Shown in pieces: positions 30,994 through 39,147 of a stretch of DNA of 64,000 nucleotides (its first letter is position 1; each line of letters opens with the position of its first letter). The notes beneath the pieces were generated by a model that worked only from the letters and a program-made list of their open reading frames with translations, made no database searches and had not been told where the DNA came from. Where the stretch lies: assembly GCA_902386555.1 (NCBI GenBank), contig CABMJJ010000003.1, positions 32,939-96,938 of the forward strand. The letters are read 5' to 3'. Origin of the DNA: Candidatus Bilamarchaeum dharawalense (GTDB lineage Archaea > Micrarchaeota > Micrarchaeia > Anstonellales > Bilamarchaeaceae). The position numbers were made by a program, and so were the translations under genes.

Positions 30994-31923
30994 ATGATTC
31001 AAAATCAGGGATTGGGATTTTCAACACAACTTGCAATTGCCACTGCCAGAGCTAGGAATGTTTTTGGATCGAAGAGACCACAGTTATCACTGATCACCGA
31101 TTTTGGGGATGGGGATGAGGCAGTATTCGCAGTAAAATCAGCTGCCAGGTTTGTTAATCCGCGCATTGAAATAATAGACATCTGCCATAATGTGCCTGCA
31201 TTCAATGTCTTGATTGGTGCCCACAGACTTAAGCGCAATGTCGCATTGCCAACTGAACCCGAAGGGGCGGTTTACGTTGCAGTTGTAGATCCGGGAGTTG
31301 GTGGTTCACGCGATTGTATTATTGTGAAAACTCGAACTGGGAAATATTTGGTTGGACCTGATAACGGAGTTCTCTCTCTGGCGTTTGCAACTGAAGGAAT
31401 TCACAGGGTAGTATTGATAGAAAACAGAGACCTGACACTTTTGGATAAAGCGCAGTCGAAAACATTTCATGGGAGAGATGTTTTTGCTCCAGTAGCTGCA
31501 CATATTTTGAGGGGAGTTCCGTTGCGAGAATTTGGTTCTGATCTTGACCCAGGTACGATCGTGAAAATAGCGATAAGCACAGATAGCACGGCCACATCAC
31601 GAGCAGGTTGGATTGTAGATGGGGATGGTTTTGGAGTAATAAGAACCAATGTACCAAACCATGTCCCACGACAAGCCATCGGTAGGTTAGTAGCGTTTAC
31701 CTTGAACGGTGGACAAGTTGACATAACAGACCGAGCAAGATTGGTTGAAACATTTGATGATTCAAAACCTGGAGAAACAGTTCTGGTGTTATCATCCACA
31801 GGTTGTCTGGATTTGGCAGTAAACAGAGGCAATGCTTTGGAAAGATTTGGAATTAATTTTGATCAAATTACATTAGATGGATTGCAGCCAAGATTAAAAG
31901 TAAGCGTGCGGTTCGACAATTGA
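30994..31923 (+). CDS. SAM hydroxide adenosyltransferase / chlorinase-fluorinase family (DUF62)
   Basis: LITDFG, VAVVDPGVG, GPDNG, TFHGRDVFAPVAA, DLAVNRGNA. Confidence 0.9.
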   Translation: MIQNQGLGFSTQLAIATARARNVFGSKRPQLSLITDFGDGDEAVFAVKSAARFVNPRIEIIDICHNVPAFNVLIGAHRLKRNVALPTEPEGAVYVAVVDPGVGGSRDCIIVKTRTGKYLVGPDNGVLSLAFATEGIHRVVLIENRDLTLLDKAQSKTFHGRDVFAPVAAHILRGVPLREFGSDLDPGTIVKIAISTDSTATSRAGWIVDGDGFGVIRTNVPNHVPRQAIGRLVAFTLNGGQVDITDRARLVETFDDSKPGETVLVLSSTGCLDLAVNRGNALERFGINFDQITLDGLQPRLKVSVRFDN

Positions 31924-32673
31924 AACAGGTAAATCAAAAAAGGCTTCGAGGGTTAGAATATATGCCTTCAAAACCACACTACCAACTCTGCTTAGTACTC
32001 CTGGATCAATTGACGTTCTATCAGAGTGACTGCCAAAGAATAGAATAAGATCAGCCGGATCGATTGAAAGCCCAACATTAGGATTAAATGTAAAATCAGG
32101 CATCCATTCGACGGTCCCACCTAGATCAAGTCTACCAATTCTCTCACCAAGAAAATGAATAAGGACTGCCGGCTGTTCGATATCAAGTCCATGAGTAAAC
32201 ATCCATTTTGGAAGTACTGGAAAATGGGGAATTACGTCAAGATCAAGAGTAATTGCAACTTCATTAGGTCCGAATCTGGCACCAATACCCATGGCACGAC
32301 ATAGAAAGGTGTAGTGGGGTAGGTCACTGGAAAGATCTCCCATGGATGGCACCACGATCTCCATACCACTGTTTCTAGATGCAGTCATGTGATTAAAATA
32401 CGAGATAAATCTCACATCTTCACAATCAGTATGGTGATCAAGGTTAATTTTCAGTTTAGCCCTATCACGAGTGAAGAAATGGGATTCATGATGGCTTTCC
32501 CCATCACCCCAAAGAAATGCAGCTCTACCCTCAATCCTTGAAAGCTGACCAACCCGTTCGATTTGATCTTCAGCAAGTGGAAGGAAAATCACATTCCTAA
32601 ATTTAGGCATGTCCTTCATTTTTGAAACTAGGACTCTGTTAGTTTGAGTAGGGGAATAGTAAACCTGCATCAT
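31894..32673 (-). CDS. Divergent arginase/ureohydrolase-like protein
   Basis: GDGESHH, NLDHHTD, ITLDLDV resemble ureohydrolase metal motifs. Confidence 0.55.
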   Translation of the reverse strand: MMQVYYSPTQTNRVLVSKMKDMPKFRNVIFLPLAEDQIERVGQLSRIEGRAAFLWGDGESHHESHFFTRDRAKLKINLDHHTDCEDVRFISYFNHMTASRNSGMEIVVPSMGDLSSDLPHYTFLCRAMGIGARFGPNEVAITLDLDVIPHFPVLPKWMFTHGLDIEQPAVLIHFLGERIGRLDLGGTVEWMPDFTFNPNVGLSIDPADLILFFGSHSDRTSIDPGVLSRVGSVVLKAYILTLEAFFDLPVSIVEPHAYF

Positions 32674-32875
32674 ATTAATTGTTTTAAATAGTGTTTATAA
32701 ATGTTGATAATTCTGGATTTCCCTGTTTTGTTTGATGATGCGAGCAGTAGCTTGCATGGGGATTCGAAGGGAGATTACAAAGAACCACAGGTTCTTTGAA
32801 TTAAACAAAAACAAGTTCATGTGCACTCGGCAATAGCAATCCACTTTTTTGCTTCTTTTTTAGTAAAAAAGAAGA

Positions 32876-33142
32876 CGGGCCCGGTGAGATTTGAACTCAC
32901 GACCTTCGCCTTTCCCGCTTCCCTATGAAAAGATGTTTCTTTCCATGGGCACAGGAAACGTTGTTTCCTGCTGTTTGGAAAAAAGCGGGGCAAAAACTGA
33001 TTTGCTACTTTTTCCAAAAAGATAGGAGAGCGTCGCTCTATCCAAGTTTCTCTAAGTTTTGCATTTTTCGCGTTTCGATTTGCGAGCAAGATTGCGAGCA
33101 AATCAATGAAACAAAAGCAAAACAAAACTGAGCTACGAGCCC
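32876..33142 (-). tRNA. tRNA-Arg(CCU) with two introns: 15/16 (33047-33127, 81 nt) and 37/38 (32912-33022, 111 nt)
   Basis: Spliced 75-nt sequence GGGCTCG TA GCTC AGCTTGGATA GAGC G ACGCT CTCCTAA GGCGA AGGTC GTGAG TTCAAAT CTCAC CGGGCCC G; parallels tRNA-Arg(UCU); A27-A43 mismatch; TATA-like sequence ~28-35 nt upstream. Confidence 0.85.
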
Positions 33143-33201
33143 ATTCAGAATATAACTTGTATAAGTAACGTTTATAATTTGCACTTCCTTAATCTCGTTC
33201 T

Positions 33202-33978
33202 ATGATTCTGGAATTGACTGAGTTGCTTAGCCGTGCTGTCGAAGAAAAATTAGAGGACAGACTGGCAATTGCATTTTCAGCGGGTTTGGATTCTACTGTA
33301 ATTGCAGCCATTGCAAAAAAACATGTTCATGTTGAACTTTTCACTGTAGGAGTAAAAGATAGTGAGGACATGGAATGTTCAGAAAGAGTTGCCGGGGAAA
33401 TGGGTTTGCCATTAATTCCAGTTTACCTAGATGAAAAAATTGCAACAAATGCATACGAAAAATGCTATGACATGCTTAAACTTGATTTTCATAGATTGGA
33501 GATAATGGTCCCTGTTTATTGTGTGGCCGAAGCAGCTGCACAAAAAGGTCACCGGGTTCTACTTTTTGGAACAGCGGCAGAAGAACTTTTTGTTGGATAT
33601 GAAAGATATTATCAATACAAAAACGAAGGAAAGGATCTTGATTCGTTATTAAAAGAAGAGTACAAAACGCTTCCACAAAGAGAGATTGCCTGGACGAAAA
33701 AATTATGTAACAAGTTTGATATTGAGTCTAGATTTCCACTCTACAATAAAGAATTGGCAGAACTAATGTTTTCCGTCCCGTTGGATGAAAGAATGCACGA
33801 CAGGGAATTGAAAAAAGGGATTTTAAGAGAAGCTGGAAAAATTTTGAAAGTACCGGAATGCGTCTTAAAACGAAGGAAAAAAGCAATGCAATATGGCTCT
33901 GGAGTACACAAAATATTATTACGCAAGAGAGCTGAACTGGACCGACTCTACCCCAAAGAAGAACCTAACGGTGGATAG
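33202..33978 (+). CDS. Asparagine synthase C-terminal-like (PP-loop) protein
   Basis: AFSAGLDST, GTAAEELFVGY, KKAMQYGSG; no glutaminase domain. Confidence 0.88.
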   Translation: MILELTELLSRAVEEKLEDRLAIAFSAGLDSTVIAAIAKKHVHVELFTVGVKDSEDMECSERVAGEMGLPLIPVYLDEKIATNAYEKCYDMLKLDFHRLEIMVPVYCVAEAAAQKGHRVLLFGTAAEELFVGYERYYQYKNEGKDLDSLLKEEYKTLPQREIAWTKKLCNKFDIESRFPLYNKELAELMFSVPLDERMHDRELKKGILREAGKILKVPECVLKRRKKAMQYGSGVHKILLRKRAELDRLYPKEEPNGG

Positions 33979-34515
33979 ATGGACCCCTACCTATTAGGCT
34001 TAATTATGATTGCTATAATAGTTCCTGTGGCGTGGTATATTGTGACTAGAATAAAAACAAAAATCCTAGAGGAAAAAAGAAACACCTATTCTGAAGGAGA
34101 ATATTTGGAGATCGGCGGATTTAGATTTACTGAGAATAGTAAACAAATACCCGAGGAAAATGTTTTGATTAGACATGAGGTCCATGGTTGGCCAGTTTAT
34201 CAAAGCGGAACCCTGATCAAATCAAATGGAGAGGTTTGGACTCTGGAAAGTGAAGGGCACCAGGGCGAGTCTGGAAAATGGGGAAAAATAAAAAAGATTA
34301 GTAAGGCCAGACTGGATAGGATAAAAGATATAATAAAAAATTCCGGTTTTTTCAAACTACCAGCAAAAATAAGTGAGCAATTGAGAGATGGTTCAGCTGA
34401 GGTCTGGTTTGTTAATTTAAACGGAGAGGACCACAAAGTGCTCGTACGACTTTTTAATGAAGAGAAAAAACCAGATGCACTAAAAAAATTAGATGACGTG
34501 CTTGATACCCTATAG
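33979..34515 (+). CDS. Hypothetical protein with N-terminal TM helix
   Basis: LLGLIMIAIIVPVAWYIV; starts directly after the upstream stop. Confidence 0.75.
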   Translation: MDPYLLGLIMIAIIVPVAWYIVTRIKTKILEEKRNTYSEGEYLEIGGFRFTENSKQIPEENVLIRHEVHGWPVYQSGTLIKSNGEVWTLESEGHQGESGKWGKIKKISKARLDRIKDIIKNSGFFKLPAKISEQLRDGSAEVWFVNLNGEDHKVLVRLFNEEKKPDALKKLDDVLDTL

Positions 34516-35343
34516 GCGCATTTTGGCAGCTTTCACAGTATTGTGAAGCAGCATGGCTATGGTCATGGGACCAACACCGTGAGGCACTGGAGAGCAGTTA
34601 GCTTTTTTTATAACATTCTCGTAATCCACGTCGCCCCTAATTCTATCGCCAACTCTAGTGGTGCCAACATCAATAACAAATGCCCCCTCTTTCACCATAT
34701 CTGCTTTGACTAAACCGGGAACACCAGCTGCAGATACCAAAATGTCTGCAGTTCGTGTATGCTCGGCCAGATTCTTGGTCTTTGAATGACAAATGGTTAC
34801 CGTTGCATGTCTTGCAAGAAGCAGAAACGCCAACGGTTTTCCAACAACATTTCCTCGACCAATAACGGTTGCGTTTTTTCCCACTAGATCAACGCCGTAA
34901 AATTCCAGCATCCTTATCACACCTATGGGCGTTGCTGGAAGAAAGGAATCGCCAAAACCAAGAAACATTTTTCCGATGTTTGTTGAGGTCCAGCCATCAA
35001 CATCTTTTTTCGGATCGATCGTTTCCACAACAGTAAAATAGTTAATATGTTTTGGAAGAGGGTATTGAACGATGAAACCATCCACCGAGTCGTCTGTGTT
35101 GAGTTTATGAACTAGATCAATCAGGCTTTTTTCACTTATATTCTCGGGCAGCTTCTCAAGCCTGGTTTCGATGCCAACTTCATCGGCCCGTTTTATTTTC
35201 TTTTTAACATAAACTTCCGAAGCAGGATCATTTCCGGCAAGAACAATGGCCAGACGAGGTTTCCTTTTTAGCTTGGAAAGTAATTTTTTAGTATCTTCCA
35301 TAATACTGGCTGCAGGCTCCTTACCAGTAAGTGATTTGTACAT
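34510..35343 (-). CDS. folD: Methylenetetrahydrofolate dehydrogenase/cyclohydrolase
   Basis: YVKKK, KDVDG, PATPIG, VGKP, PVPHGVGPMT. Confidence 0.96.
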   Translation of the reverse strand: MYKSLTGKEPAASIMEDTKKLLSKLKRKPRLAIVLAGNDPASEVYVKKKIKRADEVGIETRLEKLPENISEKSLIDLVHKLNTDDSVDGFIVQYPLPKHINYFTVVETIDPKKDVDGWTSTNIGKMFLGFGDSFLPATPIGVIRMLEFYGVDLVGKNATVIGRGNVVGKPLAFLLLARHATVTICHSKTKNLAEHTRTADILVSAAGVPGLVKADMVKEGAFVIDVGTTRVGDRIRGDVDYENVIKKANCSPVPHGVGPMTIAMLLHNTVKAAKMRL

Positions 35344-35395
35344 ACAAAGTCTTTGTGGTGCGCTATTTTTATTACTATTTTAAGAGAATATAGTT

Positions 35396-36976
35396 ATGTC
35401 AGAAAGACTTGTCCCATCTGAAGAAAGAAGAGGAAGTGTACAACAGCCAGTTTACACAGTAGCTCGCACACAGACTGAGATGATAGGAAACCAAGTGGGG
35501 CATTTTTTTGAAAGAGAATCAAGAATGTACACGCTGGGCGGTGTTCCAAGCGGTGATTTCCAACAGACCATGGAAAAAATAAGAGAAGAGAAAAACCCTG
35601 CACAGCGAGCCAGAATGTTTTTGGATTTTGTATATCAATTATCCGAAATTTATCGAGTCAGCCCGGATAAGGTAAATGGTTTTGGGATTAAATATGAAAA
35701 GGAAGCGTCTGACCCAACAAAAATACTTGAAACAAGACAGTTTAATTGCCTATCAGGAAATTTTTCTTTTGGCTGCTTTGTAAAAACATTGGCAGCTGAT
35801 GCGGACGTAGAAGCAACAGTTGTGATGAGAGAGGTAGTATCCGTAAGCGGTTCAGACTATGCCGGGCATGTATGTGGACAGATAACAATTAAGGGAGCAG
35901 AATTGATTTTTGATATTACCAATGGAGATAAAAAACCACTCAAATTCGAAAGACAGGAAAAACCAAACGAGTACAAGACAGGTGGATTCAGATATGTGTT
36001 TGGGGCAAGCTACGATATAAATGACACCACCTTATATGCAGCACAGATACAGGAAAAACTTGTAGCCGGACGGGAACTTGCACCAAAAGAAGTTGCCTTC
36101 TTAATGAAAATGGATGCTGTATTTCTTACTTATATTATAGGGTCCATAGAACTCACTAGTCCACAAACCATGGAAAAAATTGCAGCGCGAATTGACGAAA
36201 TAACGAACCCGAATGCAAGATTAAGACTGTCTTTATACATGGTGGAATATTACAATGAAAAAGGAGAAGTAGAAAAAGCAAAGAAATATGCACGAATTGC
36301 AGCTAAAGCATTGAACCAGGTCATTGACCAGGGCAAGGCCAATGAATTGAAGTTGAGTCCCTATTTAACAAACGCTGCCATTGCATTCACGCTTATTGCC
36401 GACGAAAAAAAAGTGGAGACTGCGATTTTGTACAAAATGATGATTGTAACTTTAGGATTGGGAAACACCTACGAACTTTCATCGGCACGAACTGATGATG
36501 CCAGATCATCAGAAGAATTTTTTACAACATTGGCAATGACATTTCAAAAAAGAAAGGCATTTGTCTTTAGACCAGAAACCAGAGATGGTATGAAGATGTA
36601 TCTATTGGAAAATATGGCTATAGCAAAAGCATTGAAACTGCTCGAGAAAAATGATTTTGGAAAAACAGATGACGGTAAATTGATAAAGAAACAGCTTACA
36701 GAGAGATTACAAGAAAATTGTAGAGAGATGGGATTGAGTTACACTGCTCTTGCAAATGTCACGGAACAATTACTGTTTAATTTATCAATGCAGGGTGGAT
36801 ACCGTGATAGTCCAGAAACTCGATATCAGGTACTCCTGGCAAAATTCGGAAGGATATGGGATGCTGTAACCGGAGACACCCAGGCCCTGGCCAATCTTGG
36901 GAATCTTTATGTTGGAGATAAGGAAGGATTGGCAGATTTGACAAAATGGATAGATCGAGTGAAAAAGCTTAGTTAG
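35396..36976 (+). CDS. Protein with a putative transglutaminase-like Cys-His-Asp domain plus helical C-terminus
   Basis: FNCLS...GHV...FDIT spacing. Confidence 0.55.
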   Translation: MSERLVPSEERRGSVQQPVYTVARTQTEMIGNQVGHFFERESRMYTLGGVPSGDFQQTMEKIREEKNPAQRARMFLDFVYQLSEIYRVSPDKVNGFGIKYEKEASDPTKILETRQFNCLSGNFSFGCFVKTLAADADVEATVVMREVVSVSGSDYAGHVCGQITIKGAELIFDITNGDKKPLKFERQEKPNEYKTGGFRYVFGASYDINDTTLYAAQIQEKLVAGRELAPKEVAFLMKMDAVFLTYIIGSIELTSPQTMEKIAARIDEITNPNARLRLSLYMVEYYNEKGEVEKAKKYARIAAKALNQVIDQGKANELKLSPYLTNAAIAFTLIADEKKVETAILYKMMIVTLGLGNTYELSSARTDDARSSEEFFTTLAMTFQKRKAFVFRPETRDGMKMYLLENMAIAKALKLLEKNDFGKTDDGKLIKKQLTERLQENCREMGLSYTALANVTEQLLFNLSMQGGYRDSPETRYQVLLAKFGRIWDAVTGDTQALANLGNLYVGDKEGLADLTKWIDRVKKLS

Positions 36977-37688
36977 AAAACGCATCTCTGAGCCCAGCCA
37001 GCTGGGAGGATGCCACAGTATCCAAAACAAAACCAGGATCGCTCTTGAAACAGCTTAAAAAATAGCCAATTGGCCTTGTTAATTTTGGATCTGAAGTCAT
37101 AATGGATCGTAATTGGGATTCCAGTTCGCTTGCTGAAGATAATGGGTTTGTTGACAGGGCAGCTGTTGCGCTACCGACCATTAGACTTTCATGAACTCTC
37201 AGGGAGAGCATCATAAGTGCTAAAACCCCTAGTTTTTCGTTTTTATCAGCATCTCTATCTGATAGCACACTTAGATACAAAGTTAGATCGTCAAATGGTT
37301 CAACAACACCGAAATTTGCAAGTGGACGTGACGGTGTATTATTTGCAATAAAACCAATCTTGGATATTAGTAACTCTACCGAAGCGTCATCTGTACAGTC
37401 TCTTAGAGCACGACCAATCTGGGCTGATATCTCAGGAAATAGTTTTTCAAAAGCATCAAATTTTTGAAGAGAATCTCTTACTCGAGCTGAACCTAACCAC
37501 TGGGCTCTGTCTTTCACAGATAGAAGAACCTTCTGTGGAAATTCGGATTTACCAGTATCTGATGTCATTACCTGTTCAACTCTAGTCTGGGGCAATGTAT
37601 CGACAAGGATATCTGATGCCCTGCCTTTAGCACAACCACTGAAGATCAAAGCAGAAGAAATTATTAATACGGCTGTGGCCCTACGCAT
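36969..37688 (-). CDS. Hypothetical lipoprotein-like protein
   Basis: MRRATAVLIISSALIFSGC lipobox-like signal. Confidence 0.7.
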   Translation of the reverse strand: MRRATAVLIISSALIFSGCAKGRASDILVDTLPQTRVEQVMTSDTGKSEFPQKVLLSVKDRAQWLGSARVRDSLQKFDAFEKLFPEISAQIGRALRDCTDDASVELLISKIGFIANNTPSRPLANFGVVEPFDDLTLYLSVLSDRDADKNEKLGVLALMMLSLRVHESLMVGSATAALSTNPLSSASELESQLRSIMTSDPKLTRPIGYFLSCFKSDPGFVLDTVASSQLAGLRDAFSN

Positions 37689-37760
37689 GAATAGGATATG
37701 TATGGAAAGTATTAAAAAGTGTAATAATGTGGAACTAAATTAATAAATGGGCGTTGACTA

Positions 37761-38615
37761 GTGGATTTGATGATTTGGGTTTATTTTGCATTACTTGCAT
37801 CCCTGTGCTGGGCAATTGGCAATTTGATAAGCAAATATGCTTTATTCAAAATAAACCATGAAACTGCTACCATTGCAATGCTACTCACCAGTCCGCTGGT
37901 GGTTTTGGTGCTATGGGCATTCTTTCCAATTTCTTTCTCTCCGATTGCACTAATTGCAGGATTGTGTTGGTATAGTGGATATTATTTGTTTTTCAACGGA
38001 TTGGGAAAGGGCGAAGTTTCAAATGCCGTGGCAATCACATTAACAAACCCCATATTCACTGCAATTTTCTCAGCTTTTTTGATTGGGGAGATTCTTACGC
38101 CGACACAGTATCTTGGGGTGGGACTGGCAGTGTTGGGAGCGCTTATTGTTTCCATGGACGGAACAAAAATTAGAAAGGAGTCCATACCATTAATTTTCTC
38201 GAGCATACTTTTTGCATTGAGTGATGTGGCATCAAAAGTTGCCTTATTTGAAATCGATCCGATCAGCACCATGTTCTGGATAAGAGCCGTGGGGGTACCC
38301 TTACTTATTTTATTCTTCTTTATATGGAGACGAAAAATCAAATTCCATTCAGTAAAGATAGGAATGCTTTCGTTAACTACTGGAATTCTTTCTGACTTCG
38401 GGTCCTATATCTTCATTGTTGCCTGTACATTTACATTTGTTTCATTGGTTACTGCATTTGTAACAAGCCAGGCACTATTTGTCTTCCTTGGTGCAATTTT
38501 GATAACCACACTAAATCCGAAATTGCTGAAAGAGGACATTAGTAAAAAAAGTATGGCCCTGAAACTTGGTGCCATGATTCTGCTTATTTTAGGTGTTGTC
38601 CTCGTTGCAACCTGA
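37761..38615 (+). CDS. EamA/DMT family transporter
   Basis: ~10 TM helices in two repeats; PIFTAIFSAFLIGE. Confidence 0.9.
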   Translation: MDLMIWVYFALLASLCWAIGNLISKYALFKINHETATIAMLLTSPLVVLVLWAFFPISFSPIALIAGLCWYSGYYLFFNGLGKGEVSNAVAITLTNPIFTAIFSAFLIGEILTPTQYLGVGLAVLGALIVSMDGTKIRKESIPLIFSSILFALSDVASKVALFEIDPISTMFWIRAVGVPLLILFFFIWRRKIKFHSVKIGMLSLTTGILSDFGSYIFIVACTFTFVSLVTAFVTSQALFVFLGAILITTLNPKLLKEDISKKSMALKLGAMILLILGVVLVAT

Positions 38616-38657
38616 TCCCCTTCATTTAAAAAAGTTCGGCATCAGAAGTCTGTTGTT

Positions 38658-38948
38658 GGGCCTGTAGCTCAGTCCGCTTTTTAGAAAAAAGCTTGGCAAA
38701 AACCAGCTGTTGAAAAACGCTGCGCGTTTTGGTGCTTTCTAATAAAAAGCGGGAGCAACCAGGTTAGAGCGACGGTCTTATATGGCACGATCTAGCACAG
38801 TAAGACTGGCTGAAACCTATGAAAGCCGTAGGTCCTGAGTCCGCCTTTTAGAAAAAAGCGGCCCAAAATTGGGTCGCTATGAAGGTGTGCAGGAATTCAA
38901 AATGGTATCTAGTTGCGACTAGAAATCATGCGGCTCTCAGCAGGCCCA
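38658..38948 (+). tRNA. tRNA-Ile(UAU) with four introns: 15/16 (38673-38758), 37/38 (38783-38823), 53/54 (38840-38895), 59/60 (38902-38934)
   Basis: Removing 86+41+56+33 nt gives a 75-nt cloverleaf with all four stems paired: GGGCCTG TA GCTC AGCCAGGTTA GAGC G ACGGT CTTATAA GCCGT AGGTC CTGAG TTCAAAT CTCAG CAGGCCC A; T-tract follows. Confidence 0.88.
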
Positions 38949-39147
38949 ATTTTTTCTATTTTTTATAACGTAAAATCAAATTCAAAAAGAGTTACAAACG
39001 TTTAATAACACTCTTCAAGCCAACGTGATCTGACCACAATTTAAAATCCTTTCCTAGGCCGAAAAATCCTTCGCTCTTTTTAAATTAAAAACATGGCACA
39101 AGCAATACGGGGGGAATTTGTAGGATGACCGTACTGGGGGTGGGGGT

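Noticed and set aside
32757..32773. TTCGAATCCCC (minus strand) as a T-arm of a further or split tRNA
   Set aside because: No pairing T-stem or acceptor half could be assembled
32817..33131. ORFs 32817..33125(-) and 32925..33131(+) as intron-encoded proteins or homing endonucleases
   Set aside because: They run across tRNA exons and hairpins, are short, and lack LAGLIDADG or HNH motifs
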